A DNA stretch of 64,000 bases, taken from the human T2T-CHM13v2.0 reference genome, Homo sapiens. Shown here in pieces: positions 13,050 through 35,450 of this stretch. The first letter of the stretch is position 1, and every line of letters begins with the position of its first letter. The notes beneath the pieces are model-generated. The model was not told the origin of the DNA and made no database searches. It saw only the letters and a program-made list of their open reading frames with translations. Where the stretch lies: assembly GCF_009914755.1 (NCBI RefSeq), contig NC_060925.1; one strand, 5' to 3'. A program made the translations under genes and the position numbers.

Positions 13050-14050
13050 CTGTGCCCTACTCGCGGAGCCTGACCTCAGCTCTGTCCTGCGCCCGGGCCT
13101 GTGCGCTGGACACGGAGGACTGACTCGGGGCCCCCAGCCCAGGGCGGAGCCGGCCCCCTCCCTGTTGCGGGTCGCGGGCCTGGCCTAGAGCCTGCGCCTG
13201 GCCGGGGAGACCTGCTGGGAGGGAGTGCGTCAGGGCGCGGGCGCCCGCCCTGCTCTGTGACGCGCGGCCCGAGGCGCACGCAGGGCTCACACCACTTGTC
13301 CTGGCCTCCGACCCGGGCCGACTATGGCGGCGCTGCGGCTCCTGGCGTCAGTGCTCGGGCGCGGGGTCCCCGCCGGCGGCTCAGGGCTCGCGCTGTCCCA
13401 GGGCTGCGCCCGCTGCTTTGCCACCAGTCCCCGGCCCCGTGCCAAGTTCTACGCGGACCCGGTGGAGATGGTGAAGGACATCTCTGACGGGGCGACCGTC
13501 ATGATCGGGGGCTTCGGGCTCTGCGGGATCCCCGAGAACCTGATCGCCGCGCTGCTCAGGACCCGCGTGAAAGACCTGCAGGTGGTCAGCAGCAACGTGG
13601 GCGTGGAGGACTTCGGCCTGGGCCTCCTGCTGGCCGCCAGGCAGGTCCGTCGCATCGTCTGTTCCTACGTGGGCGAGAACACCCTGTGCGAGAGCCAGTA
13701 CCTGGCAGGAGAGCTGGAGCTGGAGCTCACGCCCCAGGGCACCCTGGCCGAGCGCATCCGCGCGGGGGGCGCCGGGGTGCCCGCCTTCTACACCCCCACG
13801 GGCTACGGGACCCTGGTCCAGGAAGGGGGCGCCCCCATCCGCTACACCCCGGACGGCCACCTGGCGCTCATGAGCCAGCCCCGAGAGGTGAGGGAGTTCA
13901 ACGGCGACCACTTCCTTTTGGAGCGCGCCATCCGGGCAGACTTCGCCCTGGTGAAAGGGTGGAAGGCCGACCGGGCAGGAAACGTGGTCTTCAGGAGAAG
14001 CGCCCGCAATTTCAACGTGCCCATGTGCAAAGCTGCAGACGTCACGGCGG
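13050..14050. promoter_or_regulatory. CpG island over the OXCT2P1 promoter and 5' half
   Basis: Very high CG dinucleotide density, GC-boxes (GGGCGG) and a half-CRE TGACG at ~13258. Confidence 0.85.
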
Positions 14051-14858
14051 TGGAGGTGGGGGCTTCCCCCCAGAAGACATCCACGTTCCTAACATTTATG
14101 TAGGTCGCGTGATAAAGGGGCAGAAATACGAGAAACGAATTGAGCGCTTAACGATCCGGAAAGAGGAAGATGGAGACGCTGGAAAGGAAGAGGACGCCAG
14201 GACGCGCATCATCAGACGCGCAGCTCTGGAATTTGAGGACGGCATGTACGCCAATCTGGGCATAGGCATCCCCCTGCTGGCCAGCAACTTCGTCAGTCCC
14301 AGCATGACTGTCCATCTTCACAGTGAGAACGGGATCCTGGGCCTGGGCCCGTTTCCCACGGAAGATGAGGTGGATGCCGACCTCATCAATGCAGGCAAGC
14401 AGACGGTCACGGTGCTTCCCGGGGGCTGCTTCTTCGCCAGCGACGACTCCTTCGCCATGATCCGAGGGGGACACATCCAACTAACCATGCTTGGAGCCAT
14501 GCAGGTTTCCAAATACGGCGACCTGGCGAACTGGATGATCCCTGGCAAGAAGGTGAAAGGCATGGGCGGTGCCATGGACTTGGTGTCCAGTCAGAAGACC
14601 AGAGTGGTGGTCACCATGCAGCACTGCACAAAGGACAACACCCCCAAGATCATGGAGAAATGCACCATGCCGCTGACCGGGAAGCGGTGCGTGGACCGCA
14701 TCATCACCGAGAAGGCCGTGTTTGACGTGCACAGGAAGAAAGGGCTGACGCTGAGGGAGCTCTGGGAGGGCCTGACGGTGGACAACATCAAAAAGAGCAC
14801 GGGGTGTGCCTTTGCTGTGTCCCCGAACCTCAGGCCCATGCAGCAGGTGGCACCCTGA
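13324..14858 (+). pseudogene. OXCT2P1: 3-oxoacid CoA-transferase 2 (SCOT-t) pseudogene 1, intronless, nested in BMP8A intron 3
   Basis: The ORF from 13324 begins with a mitochondrial-presequence-like [14 protein letters not shown] and contains CoA-transferase motifs ([34 protein letters not shown]). The C-terminal domain (NLGIGIP, catalytic [19 protein letters not shown]) is in another frame ending at 14858. The frameshift is at ~14050-14070 and a premature TAG at 14101-14103. ATTAAA lies at 15015-15020. Confidence 0.95.
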
Positions 14859-15339
14859 CGGGACCTGGATCTGGGCGGGGTGGTGCGCTCCTCAGGGCGG
14901 ATGCCACCGGGTTCCCCAGGGGAATACATGTCCCCAGCTCTGGGAGGGGTTTGCTACTGGCCTCCTACTTTCCTCCCTAGGTGGACAGTGCTCCTCTAGA
15001 GAGCTGCGACTTTAATTAAAAACAACAGGAAAACAGATCAGTTCCTCACTGTGTTTCTCGAGCACTGCAAGGCGCAGGTCTGCAGTGGTGAGGAATGGAT
15101 GTCCGCTTTGCTCTGTGATGTTTACACAGAGCGTGCACAGCTCAGCGCATTCACAGCAAGATTTGATTCAAGCGCCTCCCTCGTACTTGAACCATGAAAT
15201 GGAGATAAAAACTGACGAGGGAGAAAATCACTCAACCCAGAGTACACCTGAAGGGACATTTTACTACTGCAGTGAGAAATAGGCGAGCAAAGATGTGAGT
15301 TTGTGATTGGAAGACATGCTATCTTCATGAGCTTGTTTT

Positions 15340-15983
<644 letters not shown>

Positions 15984-16463
15984 TTCTTGAACGTTTTTAT
16001 CCGTTATCTGGTATTTCTTCTGGGGCCTTTGTTGTTAAATTTTGTTTCCCTGAAGCCTCCCCTCCTCCTCCCACATCTCTCCTCCTGGGACCTATGAGAT
16101 GTTAAGCTTCTAGATGTCCGTAGAAGGAAAGCAGGACCATCTCCAAGGGAAGGGACCGGGTGATGGGAGAGACTGAGAGGGGAGAGGCTGCCGGTCCTGA
16201 AACCCACCAGGAAGCTTCCTCTATCTGTGTGTGGCCAAAGGCTACAGCCTAGGACAGGAGGAGTTCTAGAACCCTAACCAAGGGACTAGATGAGTTTTCT
16301 CAGCTTCATTTGAATTGTTCCTGCATCATTCACACCAGACACTTAGGCCCTCCTCTCTGGGATGGAGGCCCAAACTGGCCACTTGTGTGATGGTCCGTTG
16401 TAACCCAAGAGGCTGCGAGGCATTTCCTCCTGAATCTATAGTCTCAAAAACTAAAATTAAGAT

Positions 16464-16504
16464 TGTGTGTGTGTGTGTGTGCGCATGCACGCGTGCACAC
16501 GTGC
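16464..16504. repeat. (TG)n microsatellite extended by alternating purine-pyrimidine sequence
   Basis: tgtgtgtgtgtgtgtgtgcgcatgcacgcgtgcacacgtgc. Confidence 0.9.
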
Positions 16505-18509
16505 TGTTGACAGCCAAGCCTGGCCTGGTGCATGCACTGCATAAGTGTAGCTCTGGGGGTTCCCAGGCCATTGGGGGCATGTGGTCAGAGTAGTAAGTTC
16601 TCACTGGTCAAGGACAGACTTTCCAGGGGCCCATTGGAGCCTCACCCTGCAGGAAAGGCCAGATCCTGGGAAGGAGAGCAGGGCAGGGAGAGTTGGCGCT
16701 CATGGAGGGCACAGACTGGGGGTGTGGAAAAGGGGCCAGGGACTATGGCTGGGGTTGGGGGCTTGAAATGAAATGTCATCTAGTGGGCAGTGGGGTGCCT
16801 TTTGGGGCTCCTGGAGAGGGGCACCTGATTTGCCCTGGGCGTCAGTTTCCCAGGAGCAGTGTGGAAAAGGCTGAGGTATCTAGAAGCGGACAAGTGACCC
16901 TCTGGGCCTCCAACTCCACCTTTCTGGAAGGGGCCTGCCCACAGCTGGGCAGCCTGAGAGCCCCCCACCTTGACTGCTTGGCCTTCCCTGCAGCCAGCTG
17001 GAGCCAGGGAGTCCTGCCTAAGAATGGGTGGGTAAGAAGCAGAGCTGATGGAGAAGGGAGGCTCTGGGCTCTGGAAGGAGAGGGCTGGGGATGGGGGAGC
17101 TTCTCCAGGCCTGCCAGATGCAGGGCTCTGAACCCAGACCCACTGTTAGTCCCCTTCACCACCCCCCATCTTGCCCAGCCACATCCAGCTGGGCCCTGCA
17201 GTTTGCTGGAAAAGTATATGACAATCCTGGCTCCGACCCACCTTGCTCTGGGACCTTGGACAGTTGCTGCTCTCTCTGGGCCTTAGTTTCTGCTTCTGTA
17301 AAATGGGAACCTGGGATTAGCTGCTTCCAAGGTTTCAAGGCTCGCCTGGCCTGTGAGACCTACAGAGGGGTTCCCAGCACCCAAGCCAGGCCTGGCTCAG
17401 AGGGGCTCTGTGAGGGTCTGTGGTGTAACTGATCTAATGCGACATTCTATCCTGTGTCTGGGAGACCCCCCATAAGACCCTTGAACACAGCTGCACAGAA
17501 GCAAATAGTGAGGAAAGCCTGCAGGACTGATGGCCTCTCAGGCCCCATAGCAGGCAGGGCTCCCCAGGGAGTCACAGGACAGAGCTGCAAGTGGAGCCAG
17601 GAGGGCTGCCCTGGGCCCCAGGCTGTCCCCATGGGTCAGCCAGTCTGCAGAGTGACACTCCAGTGCCCGGGCTGGTGACCACCACCACCCCACTCAGGCT
17701 GCTCTGTTCTCTCTCCGTTGTGACCTCACTTGTCTTTTCCTCTGTGCCCCAGCTCTGTTCCTTGTATTTCTGCTGCTTCCCCATAACCTTGACTCACCGT
17801 GAACCAAGCCCTGCCCAGTGGATTCTCTCTGGGCCTCCTTCCCATGTTAGCATCTGCAGCTCACAGCCTCCCTGTCTCAGCAGCTCTTGTCCATGCTCGT
17901 GAGAGGGAGGGAGCCTCTCCTGCCAGTGCATTTGTTTGTGGCGGATGATGTCACGGGTCAAAGGTTGGTCTCTGGATTCACTGGTTGTTCAGTCAAGTGG
18001 CCAAGGGACACCAGGGCTGAGGCACAGCTGCTTAAGGGCTGACCTTTGAGTGGGACTGAGGGTGGGGCAGGCAGTGTCCTTGACCTGTAGGGTGTACTGG
18101 AGAACTACGTAGGAATAAATACATCTGTGTGTGTGATGTCTGTCTGAGCGTATGTGCATCTGTGTGTTTATGCAAACATATGCATGTGTGTACATACGTG
18201 TGTACATCTGTGCTTATAACATGGAGGTGAAATGTACTTTCGTGTAAACTGAACAACTGGCACTGTTTAAAGAGACATGAAAATGAGCTGGTAATCATGC
18301 TTCTGCAGTTCAGTATCAGGAAATTTCACCCATGCACGGAGTGAAGAGGCTCCATTGCACTCCCATCTTTATCATGAAAGCCGGGAAATAACCTACATGT
18401 CTATGATGAGCCAATATCAAGTCAATTATGGTATACTGCTCCAAGGGATTTTATAAATTTGAAATGTTTATTGTGGAGACTTATTTAAACAACCAGAAAA
18501 AGTTTTGTG

Positions 18510-18798
18510 TTTTGTTTTTTTTTCCTTGAAACACACTCTCATTCTGTCGCCCAGCTGGAGTGTGGTGACACAATCACACCTCACTGCAGCCTCAACCTCC
18601 CAGGCTCAAGCAGTCCTCCCACCTCAGCTTCCCGGGAAGTTCACCACCATGCCCAGCTCATTTTTGTTTTTATATTTTTGTTGAGACAGGGTCTCACTAT
18701 GTTGCCCAGGCTGGTCTCAAATGCCTAGGTTCAAGCAATCCTCCCACCTCGGCCTCCCAAAGTGCTGGGATTACAAGCGTGAGCCACCTTGCCTGGCC
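18510..18798 (-). mobile_element. AluJ-type SINE
   Basis: Reverse Alu with J-type features (ctcaagcagtcctcccacctcagc). Confidence 0.85.
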
Positions 18799-19743
18799 TC
18801 AAAAGTTTCTTTACTTAATTGCTTTTACAATAGAAAGGTTATTGAAATCCAAACAAGTACAGGATGATACACAGTTTTATTGGTGAGGCTTGGCATCTCC
18901 AGGGTTAGTTATCATGTTTTCAGCGGCATCCTCAGTCTGGAAGCGGCTGTGGGGGACAATCCCGTTTACAGGCTTCACTCCTCCTGGGGCTGAGGCCCAA
19001 GTCAGATCTCTGTTTCAGCCTTTTCTTTCTTTCTTTTCTGTCCATAAGCCCAGCTCGTGCATAAGAACTCGGGCTCTGGAATGAGACTGCCGCAGGCTGC
19101 AACCTGGGCTCTGGGACTTGGTTCAATATTTCTGCTCTGCCTGGCATCTCCCTTGTGGGCATCAGGGAGACAGTTAATGCCCTGCTCTTGGGCTGTGCCC
19201 AGCAGAACAAGCACTCGCTCAACCTGGCAGATGCTACCACGAGCTGTCTCGGTGATAAGTTTGACATTCACACCCCAGAAAGTGCGGGACGGAAGACAGA
19301 ACACAGGTCTCGGCGTCCTTGGACCAAGGTGGGAGCGCTGGTTCTCGGAGTCACTGGCAGTAGGACTCTGAGTCTCCTGTGAAGTAGGAGCTGCAGGGTC
19401 ACTGTAAGGACCCAATGAGGTGATCCATGGGAAAAATCTTCCAACTTGTAAAACACTTCACAAATGTTATTATTTGTGACGCAGCTGTCACTAATAACAC
19501 CGCCTGCAGCTCACTGAGCACCCCCTCCCACCTCCTCCAAATCTGTCCCCAGGAGAGACGTGGACTGGCTGGGGCTGGACCAAGGACTCCAGGCTTCAGA
19601 TGTGGAAACTGAGGCTCAGCAGGACCCCTTGGGTCCTCAGCCTCCACGCTCCTGGACCTGCCCAGGCCCCGGCAGAGAGACCGCTGCTGTGTCTGCTGCA
19701 GGGCCGCTGCCCGTGAGTGACCCCTCTCTCCTTTCTGTCTCAG

Positions 19744-19938
19744 GGCACAGCGTGGATCCTGGCCTGGCCGGCCTGCTGGGTCAACGGGCCCCACGCTCCC
19801 AACAGCCTTTCGTGGTCACTTTCTTCAGGGCCAGTCCGAGTCCCATCCGCACCCCTCGGGCAGTGAGGCCACTGAGGAGGAGGCAACCGAAGAAAAGCAA
19901 CGAGCTGCCGCAGGCCAACCGACTCCCAGGGATCTTTG
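19744..19938 (+). CDS. BMP8A: BMP8A exon 4 ([38 protein letters not shown]|[26 protein letters not shown]), includes the RXXR proconvertase site
   Basis: ctcag| acceptor, |gtgag donor; 195 nt. Confidence 0.96.
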
Positions 19939-20770
19939 GTGAGGGTCGGGCAGGCTGGGGCCGAGGCCCTGTGGGCTTCTGGCTGAGAGAGGCAGGGCGA
20001 GAACCAAGTGGTGGCCCAGAGCCCTCAGGCTCAGGTCGGTTCAAGCTGACGGCCACTCTCCAGCCACCTTTCCTGACACCATCTTGGCCCTGATGCACCC
20101 TGGTGACCGGCACTCCGGAGGCCTGTCCTGGCTGTCCCTGCTGCCCAGAAGTCTCCCTCTCTCCCCCTGGCTCCTCCGGGTCTTTCTCAGGAGCCTCCTT
20201 CAGAATCAGCTGCCCCTTCCCTGGGAGCCGCAGCCCCTCATGACCTGCGGTTGTGCCTGGGCACCCTGCGGGATCCTCGGTTGCTTATGCGAGTTTTCTC
20301 CCCAACTGGGCCAAGCCCTTCAGGATCAGGGACAGGCCTGACCCAACCCCGTGCCCTCCTTCACCAGGGAGTCGGCCCTTGACTGGCCTGGTCGTGAGCC
20401 ACTTGAACCTCGGGAATGGGTGTGGCAGGAGAGGGTGGGCTGGAGTCACAGGGGTCTCCAGAGAGGAGGAGGCACAGGATGGCCGAGGGTCCTGCTGGGC
20501 TGTTTACTGGAGCATAAAGACGCTCATAGGCTGAAGGACAGGGGAGGACTGGGCACAGTGTCACTCTAGCCATTGGGAGCCATGGCAGGCTTTTGAGCTG
20601 GGTCATGGTACAAGCAGCGTTCCAGGGATGGGCTTTATGAGACCAAATGGTTTCCTGTCATTCATTTATTTGACAAATGTGCTCATCAGGGCATCCCCCA
20701 CCCTGGTACCCCATAGTAGCTGCACACAGCAGGAACCCCAGAAAAGACCTTGCCCCTTCTGTCCCTGCAG

Positions 20771-20850
20771 ATGACGTCCGCGGCTCCCACGGCCGGCAGG
20801 TCTGCCGTCGGCACGAGCTCTACGTCAGCTTCCAGGACCTTGGCTGGCTG
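20771..20850 (+). CDS. BMP8A: BMP8A exon 5 ([26 protein letters not shown])
   Basis: ctgcag| acceptor, |gtaat donor; 80 nt; first cystine-knot Cys. Confidence 0.96.
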
Positions 20851-21372
20851 GTAATTGCTGACTCTCCTTGTTTCTGAAATGACAATCACCACCTGTAGAT
20901 CAGAAGTGAATCTGCAGGGAGGACATAGAATCATGGTGACTTCAATTTTCTTATGTATTTTTTTCTTCTGTGTTTTCCAAGTTTTCTAAAGTGAGAATAT
21001 GGTGAGAAAGGGTTTTGTTGTTGTTGTTGTTTTTTGTTTTTTTTAAAACCATGAAAATGAAGACTGAATCAACCAACTAAGCTGTCAGCATTGCCGCAGG
21101 GTAACTGAGACCTCCCTGCATTGGCTACGACTGCAGCTCTGGGAGGTGTGGGCAGGGGAGGGCCGGCTGGGGAGGGCCGGCTGGGGAGGGGACACAAAGT
21201 GAAGATGGGGGTTGTTGGGCCTGAGCTCCTGCCCAGCCTTTTCCGCCGGGGGTTCCTGGGTGGATTCAAGCCTCTTGGGGGAGACGGCCCTGCAGGGCTG
21301 GAGGATGGGTTTGGGCCCTGAGGCTCAGGGAGGAGCACATGGATGGGACTCACCTTCTCCCTTGCCCCCCAG

Positions 21373-21483
21373 GACTGGGTCATCGCCCCCCAAGGCTACT
21401 CGGCCTATTACTGTGAGGGGGAGTGCTCCTTCCCGCTGGACTCCTGCATGAACGCCACCAACCACGCCATCCTGCAGTCCCTG
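21373..21483 (+). CDS. BMP8A: BMP8A exon 6 ([37 protein letters not shown])
   Basis: cccag| acceptor, |gtcag donor; 111 nt. Has the CEGEC motif and the extra Cys (DSCM) characteristic of BMP8 proteins. Confidence 0.96.
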
Positions 21484-22244
21484 GTCAGTACCGTGCCCAT
21501 CCTGCCCAGCCCCCTGGGGTGGGAGGCCCTGCAGAGAGGGGTCTGGTCCAGCCAGCCGGGAGGGCAGTGAGGCCACCTGCTCCATGTCTCGGGGGCTTTG
21601 TCTGCACAGAGTCAGTAACGTCGCTAACTTCCCACAGCTCTGCAGGAACTGGTCCTCATACAGCCACACTACTACACATAGACCCACACCCAAACACGGA
21701 CACACATGAACAGTCGCGTATGCATGCCTGTTCTATGCACTGAACAAACTCCTGTGGGACACTTACACACCTGCGTGCGGCGCTCAGAGGCACAGCACAT
21801 GAAACAGATGTGTACACTGTGTGGGGGCTGTGTGATCTTAACACACGGGCCCCCGAGTACGCTGGCAAGTCTGACCGCCCGTGATATGTGCGCACAGTGT
21901 GTGGGGTGTGCGTGTGCACTCACCCACCTGTGCCGCACCACAGGCAGGAAGCTTCTAGATGGTGTGGCTCTCAACCTTTTGGCTTTTTCCCGCAGTTTCT
22001 CTCTTGGCTGTCTGTGTTTTCTCTGGATCCCCTGGCTTTTGATGCCTTGGTGTCTGGGGCAACCTTAAAGGACAAAAGCAGGCTTCTGATGGGATCACTG
22101 GTGCTGCTCACCACTGAGTGCTCTGTGTGTTTGCGGATTCTGGCACCGAGGCTTCCTTCTAGAAGTTTTTACCTAGAATCCCAGTTCCTGGTATTGCACA
22201 GCCTTATGTTTTCCTCTTAGGAGGTTCAACGGTGATGCCTTGAT

Positions 22245-22342
22245 CAGGCGCAGTGGCTCACCCTGTAATCGCAGCACACGAGCCCAGAAGTTCAAGACAA
22301 GCCTGAGCAACACAGCAAAACCCTGTCTCTAAAATAAAAATT

Positions 22343-22381
<39 letters not shown>
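22245..22381 (+). repeat. Alu monomer fragment ending in a (CA)n microsatellite (~22346-22381)
   Basis: Alu left-arm-like sequence followed by an A-rich tail and about 18 CA units. Confidence 0.8.
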
Positions 22382-22389
<8 letters not shown>

Positions 22390-24020
22390 ACAATGCCTTG
22401 GTGTGAGAGGAAAGAAATTACCAAAAGCTGCTCTGAGCCTATGATAATACTTCCTTTCTGGGCAGTCAAATGGTGTTTGCTGGACACCTGGAGCCATCTC
22501 CTTGGAAAGGCCCAGGGGTGATGAGGACGCGTGGGGTGGCCTGGCCCAGCCACCCTTTATGCCGTGTGGTTCTCACAGCTGCATGTGTGGGAGGTACATG
22601 GGAAGGTGACTGCACCTGCAGCTCCTGGACTCCATCTCCTCTGCCCTTGCCCCTGCCCCTCAGGGGCTCAACTAGAGTGAGTGCTCACAGCCTACAGGGC
22701 AGCAAACAGGCACTGTGCTCTAGGGGAGGCTGTCGGTGGGCACAGAAGCAAACCAACCGTGGAGTTGACACCTCCTGTGAGGAAGAGCAGAGCAGCCGTG
22801 CCGTCAGTGGAGTGAGACTGGGCCCAGCCTCTCCACACAAGGAGGGGCACGTCAGCAGCTGGAGGAGGAATGTTCCAGAAGGAGCAAGTGCAAGGCCCTA
22901 AGACAGGAGCAGGCTGGCCCTAAGTTCAGGGCCAGCAGGGAGGAGAGGGGCTGGGTGCAGTGAAGGGGAGGAGAGTGGAGGGAGGTGATGCCGGGGTGAG
23001 CCAGGCCAGCTCCCGTAGGGCCTGGGGTTCCCTGGGAAGGAGGGTGGATTTTATTCCAAGCAACCCCAGAGGCTGTCAGAGGTCTTCAGCAAAGCAGTGT
23101 CCTGGTCTGCGTCACCCTCCAGAAGGACCTTTCTGGCTTGGGGAGGCTGATGGTCGCGGGAGTGGAAGGCAGAGGAGCAGGGGATGAGTGAGGGCTGCTG
23201 TGGTCACCTGGCAGGTGATGGCAGCTCGACTGGGCAGGTGGTCCGAGGCAGCACGGAGGTGGAGGTTGAGCCAGGGGCTGCTCTCAGGGAAGGGAGGAGG
23301 CGAAAGGAGTCATCCAGGAGGCCTCCCAGGCGGGAGCTATGATGTCAGGGCGGGAGGAATTCTATGTTCCACTGAGGCCTCATTAGACCCCCAAGTGCAG
23401 AAGTGGGAAGGGGAGCAGGATCCGCAAGTCTGGAGTTCAGAAGAGAGGTCCAAGCTGAGCCAGGGGAGTGGAGAGGTGCGGGCACATGCAGGGCCTTGAA
23501 GTGCTGAGGGCGGATGCAGTCCTCTGGGAGAAGGAGCAGCACAGGAGAGGGGGCGAGGCCTGGCCTCCCAGAGCCTGGGGAGGGAGGCCAGGGTGTGGGG
23601 AGGCAGAGCCTCTGGGGGGGTCTGAAGGGCTATAAGAAGACAGTGGTCCTTCCAGGTTCCCCCTTGGGGACCTCACTAAGGGCACAAACCTGGCCATGAG
23701 GTTCTCCTTCCCATTATCCCCAGGAGGAAGTCTGAGCCCTTGGCCTGGGACTCGAGGCCCCTCATTAGTGCCCTGCCCACCTGCCCCACACCCTGGGGCT
23801 GCCATGTATCCCTCCCTGGGCACTGTGGGCCACCACAGCTCCCGCTCCCAGAGCTCTCAGGGCTGCTCTTATTCCTGTTAATAATTCTTATTATTGTGCT
23901 GCTCCCATGTGGCTTGGAGATGGCCAGGGCAGGGAGCAGGTGGAGCTGGGGCGGGGCTAGGTGGGTCCTCAGAGGAGGCCACTGGCCTCATGCCCCTGCC
24001 TGTGCTCCCTTCCTGGCCAG

Positions 24021-24170
24021 GTGCACCTGATGAAGCCAAACGCAGTCCCCAAGGCGTGCTGTGCACCCACCAAGCTGAGCGCCACCTCTGTGCTCTACTA
24101 TGACAGCAGCAACAACGTCATCCTGCGCAAGCACCGCAACATGGTGGTCAAGGCCTGCGGCTGCCACTGA
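24021..24170 (+). CDS. BMP8A: BMP8A exon 7 coding part ([49 protein letters not shown])
   Basis: ggccag| acceptor; CC and CxC cystine-knot ends; TGA at 24168-24170. KPN (I recall MPD in BMP8B) and the neighbours PABPC4/PPIEL indicate BMP8A rather than BMP8B. Confidence 0.95.
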   Translation: MHLMKPNAVPKACCAPTKLSATSVLYYDSSNNVILRKHRNMVVKACGCH

Positions 24171-28240
<4,070 letters not shown>

Positions 28241-29019
28241 ACTTTTAGCAGCCTTCCATCCCTTCAGTTCTGCTTTAGCTTCTCCCTTGTATGTCTGGTC
28301 TTGCGTTCCCTTCCTCAGAGGCCGGGATGGGGCTCCTGTGACCAGGGTGGCAGGCAGCCTAGTGCTGAGATCGCATGGCCACGAGGCTGGCCATGGGTCT
28401 GGAATCCCTGGGCCAAGAACCTCCTCTCCTTCTCTGTGCAGCAATTGGCACAAGCAGGGGCAGGTGCCTCACCTCTGAGGCTTAGGTGACCTCAGAGTAC
28501 AAGGGTCACAGATGGACCCACTGGGATAACTTCCGGGGAAACCCTGATGGTTCCTCTCCCACTGGCCTCTGGCTGGTCCCTTGGTCCCTCCTTCCCAGGG
28601 TAATCAGGCAAGCACAGCAATAAGGTCCTCCCTTGTTTCACAGGGTTGTGGGACCAGTTCTCCCTCCCGGGGCCTCGGGCCAGCCTGCCTGTCACCCCCA
28701 GAACCCACAGTGTTGAGCAATTCACACACATCCTCTTCTCTCCTGGGCTTCATGGCAGCCCTGAGTAGCTGCCTTATCCTGGCCTCAATGCTGCCTGTCC
28801 TGACGGCCATGACTGACCACCAGTAATGACACCGACATTGAGGAGTGAGAGTGCCTGCTGGGAAAGCTGCAGGCCCAAGCTGATCAAGCGGGGAGAAGCC
28901 CCACCCAGGGTGCCAGAGGTGGAGCTGGCTTGGGGTCACTGGGGCCAGGGCAATAGGCTTCTCCTTTCCCCACCACCCTCACCCTGGTGGATACTCAACA
29001 TCAAGACTTGATTCAGCCA

Positions 29020-29281
<262 letters not shown>

Positions 29282-30419
29282 GGCTTGATTCAGACAGAGC
29301 TCCTAGGACATGTCATGGGAGCCAGTGGGCAGCCCTGGGGGAGGTTTCTGGAGACTGATAGGGCTCAGTTTCAACACCTGAAAGAGGCCATGAGGTGGCC
29401 TGGCTGGCCCAAAATCGGTGCAGGGTGAGAGGCCATCCTAGCACAGGCTGCGCACCATGACACCACACTGCAGTTTCCAGGTAGGCCTGGGGTTGGGGAG
29501 GAGGAAGTAGGAGCCACCCCTGGCTTGTTTCTCCCCAGCACCAAGCACATCCGCTGACTAAAGAAGCGCCCTGTGTGCTCCTCGGTAATACAGTTCTGTT
29601 GGTTCAGGAAGTGCATAATGAGTGCCAGGTCAGTGAGACTGATTACAAATGTCCATCAGGCACAAGACCAGCTGGTGTGAGAGCAGGAATGGTAACTGAC
29701 CAGAAAGAAAAGACACAGGCACTTTTACATGGCTTTGACTTCTACTGCCCCACAATGGGCTGCCGAGGGCATCTCCTAAGGGACTTGGCCTAAGAGAGAA
29801 GAGCAGCAGCCGAGATGCTATGGCCTGTCCCAGCAGCAACCTCTGAAAACACCTGGGACCTGGCTGGCAGGCAGCAGTATAAGAACTAGAATTTATTTTA
29901 GCAAACCAAAGAGAACAAAACATCCAGGAGCCACATTGGTGGGCCCACAGCAGACCCAGCAGCAAATGCCGAGAAAAGTGGTGGTTGGAGAAGGAGCACC
30001 TGTGCTGGTTCGTGGGCCCACAGCTGCACTTGGGAACAGTCCAGGCTGTGCCTACAGAGGTGCTCCAAGCTGACCCTAAGGTGGGCCTCATGCCACAAAT
30101 CCTGCTTGCTTCAAATAGGGCACCCTCGGTGCTGCCTCCTCTGAGGCTGGCAGCTCCTTCCTGGATGTGCAGGGGCAAGAGCAGAGTGGAGAGCAGAGAG
30201 AGTGCCGCCTCACACATACTCCCCACAGTTGCCAATGATCACCTTCTGCCTTGGCTTCCCATCCTTGCCTTTGCAGACAGAATAGAAGAGGGGACACTCA
30301 GGGGAGTGAAGGAGCAGAATAAAGACAGACTTTAGGGACATCCACCCCTACCTGCCCCCTGGGGACACTGGCCCTAACAGTGGTGGAGCTCACAATCTAG
30401 TGAAATACAGCCACCCAAA

Positions 30420-35450
<5,031 letters not shown>

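Noticed and set aside
13686-14060. N-terminal part of the 390-aa ORF as a novel protein
   Set aside because: It starts at GTG and is the shifted frame of GC-rich OXCT2P1 sequence. Only the part after the frameshift is SCOT-like.
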